The translations under genes and the position numbers were made by a program. A stretch of 45,577 nucleotides of DNA, filler included, from Jimgerdemannia flammicorona (Eukaryota), in NCBI GenBank assembly GCA_003990765.1. It is 2 parts of 2 records of this genome, joined end to end, with 100 filler letters (N's around TTAATTAATTAA, not from the genome) between each part and the next. Parts side by side here need not be neighbours in the genome. Positions count along the whole stretch, not along the records: positions 22,841 to 45,577 come from RBNJ01001211.1; 1 more part is not named here. One strand, 5' to 3'. The notes beneath the pieces were generated by a model that was given only the letters and a program-made list of their open reading frames with translations, ran no database searches and was not told the origin of the DNA. Shown here in pieces: positions 23,301 through 35,770 of this stretch. Numbering within the stretch: the stretch's first letter is position 1; each line of letters starts with the position of its first letter.

Positions 23301-25294
23301 GGGGAGAGGTATATCTTGAGGTAATTGATATATATTGGTATTCTCAGGGTTCATCCATCCATACTTCTTAAATAGATGCTAGTTCTTCTGATATTGTATA
23401 CAAGATAAGGTCCTTTCTATTTAGGCTCTAGTTTGGTAGCAAAGTTGGTTTCAATTATGCTTCTCCAAACTAGTATTTGATCTCCAATCTTAATATTCTG
23501 ATCCTTCTACTTCTGGTCAGAGTACTTCTTTTGTCTTTCTTAAGCTTTGATAATCTGAGCTTGGACTTGATTATGTAACTGTTCTGCCTTCTTGAGGAGG
23601 CCTCCAAAGTCCTTATAGTCAGTAGTTTTAGTTTTCTTAGCAAATATCATTTCAAAGAGCTTTTGTTTGGTGGAAGCAGTAGGGGTATTCTGAATTTCCC
23701 ATAGGATCTCAGGTAAGCAGAGGTTCTAGTTAGTAGGATTGACTCAGGCAAGTCCTTTCTTGATGGTCTGGTTCATTTTTTCTACCATACTATTGGTCTG
23801 AGAGTAGTATGATGTAGTGGATTTTATGGATTTGAATATAACTTGGAATTATATTATTGATGAATTCTGTGCCTCAGTCAGAGATAAGTTCTTCTGAGGG
23901 TCCATATCTGAGTGTAAGTCTATGGAGAAGGTCTATAATAGTTAAGATATCTGTAATTTCTATTGAAAAAGCCTTGGGCTACTTGATCAGATATTTTATA
24001 AATACAAAGATATACTTATTTCTTCTTGATATAACTGATAGGGGTCCAATTACATCTACTTCCCATCTCTGAAAGATATTGTCTAGTGGTATGATTGGTT
24101 GTAATAGTGCTTAGTAGTTCTTCCTTTCTTAGTACTTCTGATAGGTATTATATTTCTTGAGTATGTTCTAGACTTGTGTTCTAATATTGGACCAATGTTG
24201 GTGTATTGTTTGCAACTTTTCTTCTATATTTACTTGTCCTTGATAGGCTTTCTGGTATTCTTTTCAGATGAGATCTTCTTATACTTAAAGAGTTTGAGGA
24301 GCTTCCTTTAGAGTGTAGTTCCTCAGTATATCCTTCTTCTGGTTCATTAGAGTTGGCAGAAAAGTATATTAACATTGTTGTAAGCTTTCTCTGCTTTGTG
24401 GATAATAGTGATTTTGTAATCCTGAAGGATAAAGATCCAGCAGACTTGTAAAAAGGTCTATACTGCTGAAGTATCTAGTATCTTGTAACTGGTCCAAAAG
24501 GTCATCAATTCTGGGCAAAGGATAGGCATCCTTTTTGATTACTAAATTGAGTTTTCTGTAGTCTACACAGAGTCTCCATCCTCTTTTCTTTGGTATAATA
24601 AGTATAGGACTGGTCTAGGGGCAGGTTGAGGGTCAGATGACTCTATTGTCTAAGAGTTCTTAAATGTATTCCTTTTTGAATATCTTTAAGTGATGGAGTA
24701 TTCTATAGGGTTTCTACTGAATAGATATTGCATTTTCTATATTTATACTATAGTGATATGATGAGTTATAAAGCAGGTTATCATAATTTGTAGTGAAGAT
24801 ATCTTGATATTTGTTGAGGAGTTCTACTAGATTTTGCTATTGCTGGAGTATCAATTCTTCTCCAATGTTGGTGGAAGGCTTCACTGTCTCCTGGATTGCA
24901 GAGGGGCCTTTTCTTTCTTCTGGGACCTTTTGCTATTTCCCAATAAGTTGAGTTCATAGACTTCTCTATAGGTTTAGTTGAGAAAGAGCACTAGATGTCC
25001 TATGATGGTTTCTTTTGACAAGATAATGCTTTCCCAACTCTGGTTGGTTGCTTGGGAGTACACTGGGTTCATTTTGTCAGAAAATATGTATCCTTTAATA
25101 TTTAGATTTGAGATATCTTCATTAGGTTTGAAGAAGAGGTTTCTGGAGTCAGGTGGTACAAAGATTTCGAATGTGGTTTACTCTCTAGACTCCAGGATGA
25201 GATTCTTGTACAGTTTGACAGATTGGCAGTATACTTGCTGAGAATTATTCCTTTTAAGGTGATTGATCTGAAAGAGATATACTTCCTTCTTATC

Positions 25295-25700
25295 TGAGCT
25301 TCTGAATCCTTCAGCTTGCCTTGTTCCTTCAGTCAGTTTGGAGACTTCTTGTAATTGTGGGGTCTTGACTTTTATGAATACTGCTTGGGTAATCTTCTGT
25401 CCTCTAATGATTTAGTACTATTCTGTACTACTGTTGTACAGAATGACCTTAATTTCACCTATATATCCTGGATCTATAATTCCTCCTTCTATAGTTATTT
25501 CTTGCCTGGCAAGTCCAGATCTTGAGATCAGTTGGATATAAGTTCCTTGGGGTGGCTTTATGGCTAGTCTAGTTTTGAACATCAGTGTTCTTTCAGGCTT
25601 GATGGGTTTATTCTCCAGACTGTAAAGGTTATACCCTATATCTTCTTGGTGAGCTTTGGTCAGGGGTTTGGCCTTGGGATATAGCAGGGCATACTGGGCA
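25295..25700 (-). pseudogene. dUTPase of C1 (between PR spacer and RT)
   Basis: IGYNLYS, ISRSGLA, GGIIDPGYIGEI, GQKITQAV, TRQAEGFRSS. Confidence 0.92.
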
Positions 25701-28700
25701 ATATCCTTACTAAGTTTGGGCTATCCTTGGGCTAAAGCTCTACTAGCTAAAAGTCTCTAGACTCTGAGATTGAGGTGCAGCCATCTGGCTCCAGTAGGGA
25801 GATCTTGGAGGTAGTTGATTTCTCTCTTTTCTATGGGGTCTAGGGCTTCTATGAAGTTGGTGGCATCTTCTATCCATCCTTAGTGAGTTGCATGTCTTAT
25901 GAGAGCTAGGATATCTTCTCATAAATCTTAGATCTTAAGGATCATTCTTTCTGGCTTCTTTATCTGGCTTTTTCAGATCTGACCTCTATTATCTCCTCTC
26001 TTCAAGATATAAATCATGATATTCTGGCTGAGGTGAATCTTCTGATGTCTGTAGTCTTGGTAGTCTAGGTGTCTTCTATAATTACAATATCTCATTGCTT
26101 GGAAATACTGTTCCTGGTTATTGATCTCTTGTTATCTCAGAAATTAGTATCCATCTTAGTTATAAGTTGAGGAAAGAGTAGTCAAGAGATATACTTCTGT
26201 TTGGATAAAGAGACCTTATCTTCTGAATTAGCTTTGCAACTTGGTAGTAACTTCTTGAAAGGTGGTTAACTGTACAACTGTAGTTGGGAGTTCTAATCTT
26301 CAGGGTCTCTATCTCTCTTATTGGTCTAGTAGATGATACTGATAACAGTAGTCTCAGGGAGAGTGGAAGACTATTTGATATAGATATCTTCCTAGCTGAA
26401 AAGCTCTTTTTTGGTGTTTTTCTTGCTTAGGAATAATGGGGATTATACTGGATCCTTCTTTTATATTCCAAGGGTCATTATCTTGAGGTGGTTTCCAGTG
26501 AGAATCATCCCAGGGAATGAGTTCAGAAATCTTTTCTTCTTCAGGTACTTCTTGTTTAGAGATCTTCTGTTCAAGGAGTTCTTCTTCAAATAATGATTCT
26601 TGACCCCAAATTGCTTGTACTTCTGCAGCTTTGGCTGCAGGTGTCTCTGAAATATGTCTGCATTTCTTCTTCTTTCTTCTACACTCAGACAAGCTGTACC
26701 AGGCGAATTCCTTGTCCCAATGATCTTAGAGGAGTGCTTGGGGTACTTGTATCTCTTAAGGCAGATAGGGCATCCTTTGATCTCTCCTGCAATAGCTCCA
26801 ATAGTAATGGAGATGGTATTTCTGACCCACATATTGTCTTCTGGTCTGTTATTCACCAGGTTGATTTGGAGATTGAGTCTGAGATCATTTCCATCTTTGG
26901 ATTCTTCTTCCTCTTCTATAGTAGACTCTTCACTACTGGCATATTCTTCCTGGATAGTGATCTTCTTCTTCTTCTTCAATTACTCATAGCTGGTTACCTT
27001 AACTCTATACTTCTTGCCTCAGTAGTCAAACTTGAGTACTTGTTGACTGATATCAATAACTACATTCATTTCCTTCATTCAGTTGGTACTAAGAATTATA
27101 CATATCATAGATAATAGCTTTGGTGATAATGGCTTTCTGAATGGAGACCTGAATGTGTCCAAGAGAGATAGTGATGTTTTGTACTTCTCTAAGAGGTTGA
27201 GTTCAGGCTCTATCTGCTATTATGATGCTGAGGTTGAATGGTCTATTAATGGGCCATTAGAGAGTATCCAGGAATAATTTGGTAATAATACAGACAGCTT
27301 CTCCTATATCTATGAGGATCTTTGCCTTTTATCCTCCAATATCTCCATGTAAGTTCTGACATATCTCTCTGCAGCTTGGATAGAGGTAGGAGCTGGCTCT
27401 TACTGTGGGATCAGAACTTTACTAGTGCTAGACCTAGTAGTCTTTAGTAATTTATTTTGAACTCTAGCTAGTGTCAGTTGCAGGAACTGCAGAAGAGAGA
27501 CTTCTATCTTGGCTTCTTAAATCTTCTGCCAGGCTTTATTATAGATATCTCTGGGCATGATCTTCAGGGTGTACTTCTTCTTGGGCTTTGAGACAGCAGA
27601 TTTCTGTTTTTCTTATTATTCTCTAAGAGCAGCTCATTTGTCTCAGAGACAAAAGGTGAGAGAGATCAGGGAGGTATTTCTACTTGCTCCTCTTCATCTT
27701 TCTCTTGGATTCTTCTGCCGGTATTCCTGAATGGCCTTCCTGTAGATCTCTTCCTCTTTTCTACTGAGTAAACTGTTTTTTAGATAATGACTTTGGCTGG
27801 GTACAAGTCCAGGTCACTGTAGTCTTCACTATTGCTTTCTTCTTCAAAGTCTTTGACAGTATGGGCTTCAGTCTTATACTGGGTTTCATTCCTTTGGTTT
27901 GGTGGTTCTGAGTCTCTTCAGTATTATATTCAGTAGCATAGTGTCCAAATTGTCTATAGTGGAAGTATTGGATTTGGGCTCTATCTTAGATAGGGTATCT
28001 CCTTTCCTCTTACTGGTAGTTCCTGTTATCTCTTGGTGAATAACATTGGCTCCTTTATAGTGAGTATCCTCTGTTGTCTTGATAACTCCAATTTTCACAT
28101 GTAATAAGTTTTTCAATCTATCCAACCAATTGGTCCAACTTGGAACTGAGGTCTTAAATTTTGCTCCTATCCTTCTTTTCTTCTTTGGCTGGCCTTCTTT
28201 CTTCAGATCTTTCCTGTCCTTGAAGGAGTCCTTGTAGAGCTTTGACCAGGATGTCTTCTTTGTCATCATTCTTGTCATGGTCACTCCAGATAGTTCCTTG
28301 TCTGATATTAAAGAATCTTTGGGCTATATCTACTTATTCTTTAGACCTTCTAATACCTAGAGTGCAGATATACTGAGCAATGTTCAGAGGAATTCTATTA
28401 ATGAAGATCATTGGGCCTATGATGTCTTAGTTGGTAGCATTGAACCTGGCTGTATGTATTCTTTTCTGAATTCTTATGAAGAAGGCTCTGGGTAATTCTC
28501 TAAAATTCATCTTTATCTCCATGATGGATTCTTGAGCCCTCTGGTGGGTTTCATTTCCTATATATTTTTCAATAAGCCAGTGGACCATGGCTATGTATTT
28601 CTGCTGTAAGTTCTGAATGTAGGTCATTTGCTGTTCAGTGGAAAATTCCTCTGACTGGTTCTCCGAGCTGGGCCTTATAGATGGCAATTTTTCTTTTATC

Positions 28701-29353
28701 TGAGAGATTCCTCAGGACTGTGATTCCCTCAATTCTGTCAAGAAATTCTCTAGGATCTTCCTCTAGATATTCTGTAAAGATTGACAATAGGGTGGTCATT
28801 TCATCATCACTTTTTTCTAATTCTGGTTCTGGTCTAAATTCTGATTCAGATTCAGATTCTGATTTACTTTCTGAACTGTTATTAGAGATGAGAGTGCTTA
28901 GGTATCTTGAGGATAGTGTTATGGACCTTGGACAAAGTAGAATGAATCTAAGTATTCTTGAAGGAGCTACTTTTAATTCTGCAAGGACTGGTGATAAGGG
29001 TTCAATGAGTGAGATTAGTAGGACCTCTGTGGGATATCTGGCTGCAAGATACCAGACTTGTATAATAAGATCTTCTAGTTTTTGTACAAGTTCTTCAAAT
29101 AATTCAACAGGGCCACCTGTGTTGTCTGGTTGTTCTGGTTGAGAATTTTGGACTATACTGACTTCTGGTTAAAATCCTTCTAATGCTGGATAGTTGGCAA
29201 GTCTTGAGGTAATTACTTCTCTTCCTGTCCAAATGCTAGTGATGACTGGTTCTCCTGTAGTAATAGTAATTAGTATTATATATATCAAATATATTCAGTT
29301 TGACTATAGGTTCTTATGAGCTAAAAAGTCATATTGATTTTGAAATCTTTTTA

Positions 29354-29365
29354 GTTGAGCCTCCA
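29354..29365 (-). promoter_or_regulatory. PBS of C1, probably tRNA-Pro type
   Basis: TGGAGGCTCAAC, reducible by G->A to TGGGGGCTCG.. (tRNA-Pro PBS as in MLV); more degenerate copy at ~39635 in C3. Confidence 0.6.
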
Positions 29366-29367
29366 AA

Positions 29368-30896
29368 TATAATATACCTGACTCAATAGAGGCAAATTAT
29401 AAGATTGGGGGTTGGTGTAGTTTGGCTTAAGCTCTCACTTACTTTGTCAAAAGCAACAAAATATTCTAAGATTCCTGAGATCCTTGGTGTTTAGTAGTAT
29501 AATAGTCAATCTGGATATAGTAGTCAATTTGGATGTCAATTTTCTTATTTGGATAGTTCTCTGGATATAGTAGTAATTTGTATGTATGTGGTATGTACAG
29601 TATGCATACATAACAGTCTGGTAATTTGGCCATTTCCTTCTTGAATAGTAATCTTCAAAAGTATGTAATTTCTGCATGATGATCTTATATAGTATGATGA
29701 TCTCTATGTAGTATAGCAGGTTTCTTATGTATAATAGTCTAGCAATTTAGCAGTTTCCTTATGCAATTTCTATGATGATCTTGGTGGACTTCTTCTCAAT
29801 TTTGGCATAGATTCTCCTAAATCAGTGGCTTACTGAGAATAAAGAATGATACGGATTCTTTAAATCAGACTCACTAGGAATAGATAAATAATGCAAATAG
29901 TGTAGATAGCTTGGATAACTTAGAGGGTAGATAATTCAATAATCCAGATGTGGATAATTCAATAACTTAGATAACTCAGATAATTCAGATTCTTTTTGAA
30001 TTAGCTCTTCTGAGAATAGTAGCAAATAACTCAAAAATGATAAATGATATAGATTCTTTCTGAATTGGCAGCTCTCTAAGAATGATAGGTTTCTTGAGCA
30101 AAGTTATGTCAAGACTGGCTTTATTTACACAGAGTTACATCATTAGACTGGCTCTACTGCAAAGTTGTATCAACAGACTGACTTTGTGGCAAGATTCCTT
30201 ATAGTGAGCTCTCTGAAAATATGTGTTCTTCTTGAAAATAGCAGCTTATTCCTTAAGTGGCAGATTTTTCTTCAAAAGACAGTAAAGTTTTTTCTTGAAC
30301 TTTGGTGACAAATCTTTAGGTTTATCTGATAAGTGAACTAAGGCTTTGTATTAGAAAGTGGACCAAAGTGAGAAAAGAGGACCAATGTTTAATCTTTAGA
30401 GGCTTCTTTGGTTTATTCTTCAATTCAGATTATTCTCTTCTAGCTTAGTCTGGTAAGCATACCAAATCAGACCTTCAGACTTAGTCTAGTAAGTGTACCA
30501 ATCTTTGTATCAGAAAGTAGACTAGAGTAGAAAAGGAAGCTTTCTGCTTTAGATTCAATTTTGGACTAAGGTTTATTTACTCTTATCTCTGGGGTATTTT
30601 ATACATTATAGTTGCTATCTGATTGCTATCTGGATAATTATAGATTTACTATCTCTAGTAATGTTTGGATATATCTATAGGACATAAGTATATCTATAGG
30701 ATATAATTGTATCCATAGGATATAAGTATATCTATAGAACATAAGTGTGTCTGCCAAATACAGGTGTGTTCTCAAGATATAGATAAATAACTCTGATTTG
30801 GTGTTCTTGGCTAATTATCAGTATAGCTATCATAAGTAACTATGCTATACTGAGAATTTACATCATCTGGCTATATTATACTATTTGTTTATTACA
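29368..30896 (-). repeat. 5' LTR of C1 (~1.5 kb) with internal subrepeats, including a 19-bp tandem array at ~30670-30750
   Basis: Both ends match the C3 LTR (38508-39632) in reverse complement; TGTAAT start, adjacent PBS. Confidence 0.88.
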
Positions 30897-32081
30897 ATAA
30901 TTTGGCTTGATCTACTAGTTACTTTGTTAAAAAACAACAAAATATTCTAAGATTTCTTATTGATATTTAGTAGTATAATAGTCAAATCTAGATACAGCAG
31001 TTGATTCTGGCAGATTTTCTAATTGGGATAGTTCAGGTATATAGACAATTTATATATAGTACAAGTGAGTTTTCTTATATAGGATAATTTAATAATTTAG
31101 TAGTTTTTTTCTTGAGTAACAGATGATCTCTATATAGTATAGTAATTTCCAAAAGTAGATAATTTTGGTATAATAATCTTATTTCTAAAAGTATATAATT
31201 TCTATATAATGATCTTATTGCCAAAAGTATATGATTTCTATATAATAATCTCTGTATAGTGCAATAATCTCCAAAAGTATATAATTTCTAAAAAAAAAAA
31301 TGGTCTCTATATTATATAGGTAATTTGGCAGACTTTCTTAATAAGCAGCAGGTTGGCAATTATGATAAATAACTCAGATGGTAGATAACTTAATATTGTA
31401 AATAGCAGATTCTTAATAACTCAGATAGTATAGATTCTTCTCTTGGTAAAGTTATATTAAAGACTGGCTTCATTTGTATAAAGTTATATAAGATTTCATC
31501 AAATAAACTTACTTTATATTAGAAATACAGATAGACTTCTCAAATTCTTCAGGCTTATCTAATAAGTAGACTAAAATGTGACAGACTTCTTTTAAAAACA
31601 GCAGCTATTTTTTAAGCAATAGGTTTCTCTTCAAATGGTAGCAAAGTTCCTAACTTGAACTTGATAGAAAATCTCAAGCTTTGTATCAGAAAGTAGACTA
31701 AAGTAAGAATAAGACAAAGCTTACAACTTCTTAGCAATAGCTTATTAATAGATTTCTCCTCCTAAGTGTATTAGATAATAGGCTTTTGCTTTTAATTTTC
31801 AGACTAAGGTTTATTTATTCTTGCCTTTGAGATATTTTATACAGTTGTATTGCTATCTGGTTACTATGTAGCTAACTATTTTAGAGCAGATATTTGATAT
31901 ATAGTAGATATATACTATATAGTAGATATTTACTATATATGTAGTAGCTATCTACTATCTAGTAGACATTTCATATCTATTTCCTTCTTTGGTTATTAGG
32001 TTATTTATATAATTTCTGTAGGAATAACATAACTATGATATTTATATCATTTAATTATATAATATATTTTTGTATATTACA
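30897..32081 (-). repeat. 3' LTR of C2, cut ~50 bp before its end by C1
   Basis: Starts TGTAAT after PPT-like GTGGAGACTGA; similar to 29420-30896 along its length. Confidence 0.85.
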
Positions 32082-34195
32082 TCAGTCTCCACTAAAGAAT
32101 AGTCTGTCCTCAGACTATCCTTTAGTTATCATTCCAGTGGACATAAACATCTTTTGTACTAGTGCTATCATCTTCATTAGAGTTAGGGTAACTCTATTCT
32201 AATTCTGGATTCTCCTCTGATTCTCTAGAAAATAGAATATATACTTATTGGAGAATACTCTAAAAGATTATCTCATTTATCTTATAAATATTCATTAGGC
32301 AAAAGTGGGCTTATAATAGGCCTTCTTCACTTTATTTATATAGAGTATAGAGCCTTTTTGTAGTTCTGGCTTCTCAGCAGGCTATACTTGCTAGTTTTCT
32401 TATTTATGGTTATCTTATAATAGTTGTCTAATATTATAGAAGGCCTGCAGATAGTAGATCTGTAGAAATCTCTGGGCAATGATAAGGTTTCTTTGGTACT
32501 TTTAGATCAATTATATTAGGATTCCTTTAAGTGAGTGAAACTGAGGTAGAGAAATAGATAGGGCTTAGAAAAAGCTGAGAATGAGAGTTTGGAGATACTG
32601 GTCAATTCTTTAGTTTATAGTAGATAGAGATATAACTTAAGATAATTGATATGTACTGGTATTCTCAGAGGTTGTCCATCTATACTTTTTAAATAAAAAC
32701 TGGTTACTTAAATATTGTATACAAGATAAGCTCCTTCTTATTTGGGCTCTAGTTTGGTAGCAAAGTTTGTTTCAATCTTGATCTTCTGATCCTTCTACTT
32801 CTAGTTATAGTACTTTTTTTGTCTTTCTTGAGACTTGATTATCTGAGCTCAGACTTGATTATATAACTATTCTATCTTTTTGAGAAGATCTCTAAGGTTC
32901 TTATAGTTAGTAGTTCAGGTTTTTCTGATAAATATCATCTCAAATAGCTTTTGTTTGATAAAGGCAGTAGGGGTATTCTGAATTTCCCATAAGATCTCAG
33001 ATAAGCAGAGATCTCAGTTGGTAGAATTGACTTAGATAAGTTCTTTCTTAATAGTCTAGTTATTCATTCTATCATATCATTGGTTTGAGAGTGATATAAT
33101 ATAGTTTATTTGAGATAGATCTTGTGAATTTAGATATAGCTTATAATTATATTATTGACAAATTCTGTATTTTAGTCAGAAATCAGTTTTTCTGAAAATC
33201 TATATCTGAGTATAAGACTATGAAGAAGGCTAACAATAGTCAAGACATCTGTAATTTTTGTTAGAAAGACTTTAAGTCATTTGGTCAGATATTCTACAAA
33301 TACTAGAATATATTTATTCCTTCTTAATATAGCTGATAAGAGTTCAATAATATCTACTCCTTATTTCTGAAAGATATTTTCTGGTAGTGTAATTAGTTTT
33401 AGTAATACTTGATAATTCTTCTTTCCTTGATACTTTTGACAAGAGTCATAATTCTTAAGTATATCTCAGACTTATGTTCTGAGATTGAGCCAATATTGAT
33501 ATATTGCTCACAATTTTTCTTTTATATATATCTATTCTTGGTGAGCTTTCTGATATTCTTTTCAGATGAGATCTTCTTATGCTTTGATGATTATAGAAGC
33601 TTCTTTTAGGGTATCATACCCTTCTTTTGGTTCATTAAGATTGGTAGAAATATATATCAATATTGTTGTAAGCTTTTTCTATCTTATAGATAATGGTGAT
33701 TTTGTAATATTATAGGATAAGGATCCAGTGAGCAAGAATTCTGATAGGTTTCTTATAGTTGAATAGTTATTTGAGAGTAATATAGTTAGTTATCAGAGTA
33801 AACCTTTTTCTGATAAGGTTGTATTTGAATAGAATAACTACTCATATGACTATAAAACATTCTAATTTGGTGCTAATATAATTAGTTTGCTGCTGATTAG
33901 TAAATTGACTTATATAAGCTATCATATAATATTGCTGCTCAGATCCTTCTTGAGCTAGAACTGCTACAAGGCCATCTTTGGAAGTTCTATATAGCTTCTG
34001 CAGATTGGGTCATACAAGAATTGGTGCTGTAGTTATACAGTACTTGAGTTCTCTGAAGGCCAGTTGTTGTAGTTCTGTCTATTTGTATGGTACTCCTTTC
34101 TTGAGAAGGGCCCAGATTGGGGTGGCAATTTGAGCAAAGTTCTTGATAAATCTTCTGTAGTATGATACTAGCATGGTGAATAGACTTAGTGCCTC
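30897..34195 (-). mobile_element. Family-C element C2, 3' half: RT end-RNaseH-IN-ORF-X (~32165-32620)-PPT-3' LTR
   Basis: SYYRRFIKNFAQIATP at ~34150; IN colinear with C1; LQAFYNIRQLL...TKRLYTLYK ORF-X motifs. Confidence 0.9.
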
Positions 34196-34253
34196 TCTCT
34201 CCTCTACACCATTTTATGTACCTCTCATGCCTAATCTTCTCCTGTTCACAACG

Positions 34254-34272
34254 CCCCCCCCCCCCCCCCCCC
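34254..34272. repeat. C19 homopolymer at the left edge of the CpG-rich island
   Basis: Direct read. Confidence 0.95.
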
Positions 34273-34481
34273 TGACTGGAGGTGCAATGCATTTGAACTT
34301 ATTATTGCTTTGCTTCAAAACACGGAAAAGGAATCTGAAACCCGGTGCCTCTAGTCGCAATCCTCCACTCGCGCGCGTTTAACCTCTTAGGCTAGTCATT
34401 CGTCCCTGAGTCACGTGTTGAGCAGTTCCCGGCTCCTGTCCTTTCTTTTACTTCCCCCACTAAATTCCCCCGCCTCGTTTC

Positions 34482-34561
34482 CGCGAACTAGTGTAGAGGT
34501 TGCACACGAGATTCACCGACCGTGTGATTCTCGGGGGGTGGTTCGACTCCACCGTTCGTGA
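34482..34561 (+). tRNA. tRNA-like cloverleaf (Val-CAC-like; atypical, intron-containing or element-derived)
   Basis: Acceptor CGCGAAC/GTTCGTG+A, D stem GTGT/GCAC, anticodon stem CGAGA/TCTCG with TT-CAC and ~10 extra loop nt, T arm GGTGG-TTCGACT-CCACC; A box TAGTGTAGAGG, B box GGTTCGACTCC; C at 37, 3-nt variable loop and no adjacent T4 terminator are atypical. Confidence 0.7.
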
Positions 34562-35005
34562 ATAGGCAATACCCACGCTACTGTTTATTGCAAATCCCAT
34601 ATACTATCGCAGGACTGCACCCACATTTACCCCACGTCCACACTATTTCCCGACGTTCTCCGACATAGATGAAGAATTCTCTATCCTGTCTACGCTTTAA
34701 GGCTAAATACGTAATGACTGATTTGCAAACACGATTGTGAACGTGTACTACATTATCTTGGAGGCCCTCTGCCGCTCCACCTTCACCAAAGCCATTCGGA
34801 CCCCCCGATATATAAAACTGTCTGCATGAATCAACCCCCCATTTTTTATATATATTTTAGCCAATAAATTCCATCATCATCCCAGCTGCTGTACATCCTA
34901 CGGCAATGGAAAAATATATATTAAAGGTGAAATTATAGATAAAGTCTGGAACCTCCAACGAACATTGAGTGTTGCACTTGGATTTTTTATTATTTTTTAT
35001 ACGCG

Positions 35006-35110
35006 TTGTCGCAAGGTATCCATTGTCACGCCTTTCACATTGGCAGTGCTACCCTCCTCGCTGCGGCGGGTTACCCTGACCACGCTGGCAGTCTTCGCTA
35101 CATCCGGCGA
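35006..35110 (+). pseudogene. Tyrosine recombinase C-terminal remnant, DIRS/Ngaro retrotransposon type
   Basis: HAFHIGSATLLAAAGYPDH, then RWQS (35083-35094, shifted frame), then RYIR, matching the YR consensus HSFRIGAAT..AG.PD..GRW.S....YIR with small deletions. Confidence 0.8.
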
Positions 35111-35770
35111 CGGGAACCGCTGCTTCTGCAAACCGTACCCATCCTAGCGATCGGTCCCTTTCCCCCCGTCCCGAACGCAAACCAGCGCATTTCAGTTTCG
35201 GATGGAGACAGCGCAAGACGTTTGTGGAGCGATAGTCGGTTGGTGCGGATCGGCTGCTCATGGCAACCTTCCTGTTCTGTGCGCGAAGCGGCAATACGGT
35301 TAATCAAGTCCGAACGGATGGTTGTGATCTGACACCAAAAACTTGATGTTGAATATATATTGCTTAAAGCTCTCAAGCGTGCTTCTGAAATCAGGTCGAC
35401 GAGAGGCGGCGGATCGCCCTCGCATCCTGGTTCGGGGTTTCGGCTTAGTCTGGACAGCATCGCAAATGGGTGTGGCGAGGTTCTTGTGGAAATAAATTGT
35501 TGTCAAGAGTGACGGCCGTGCAGTAATATCATATTACAATGCACTGCGGTTGGGTTGGTTTGTGCATTATCATCACGAGAGCAACGCGGCAACGCGAGTC
35601 ACATCCGCAGTGTTGTCTTTCGCACTTTTGGTGGTGTCATCATATGGAAGCCAGCATTTTATTTCATTTCAAAAAATTGGTATTTCAAGTTGGTGTGTGC
35701 AAGCCCTCAAGGTTTTTCGAATTTTGAGAACCGATTACATATCGAACAACTAAACTACTTGCAACGTAGG

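Larger units (their letters stand above)
22854..30896 (-). mobile_element. Ty3/gypsy element C1: 5' LTR-PBS-gag-PR-spacer-dUTPase-(RT/RH largely deleted)-IN-ORF-X
   Basis: gag ~27400-29300, PR KILIDIGEAVCII ~27320, [11 protein letters not shown] ~24510, IN ~23320-24330; same domain order as A. Confidence 0.93.

Noticed and set aside
34482..34561. Selenocysteine tRNA (TCA in the loop, T arm resembling tRNA-Sec)
   Set aside because: Folds as a 7/5 cloverleaf with a 4-bp D stem and no long variable arm; TCA is not at the anticodon position
35050..35070. CCTCCTCGCTG resembling the HDV ribozyme L3
   Set aside because: No P3/P1 pairing; explained as TLLAAAG codons of the recombinase remnant
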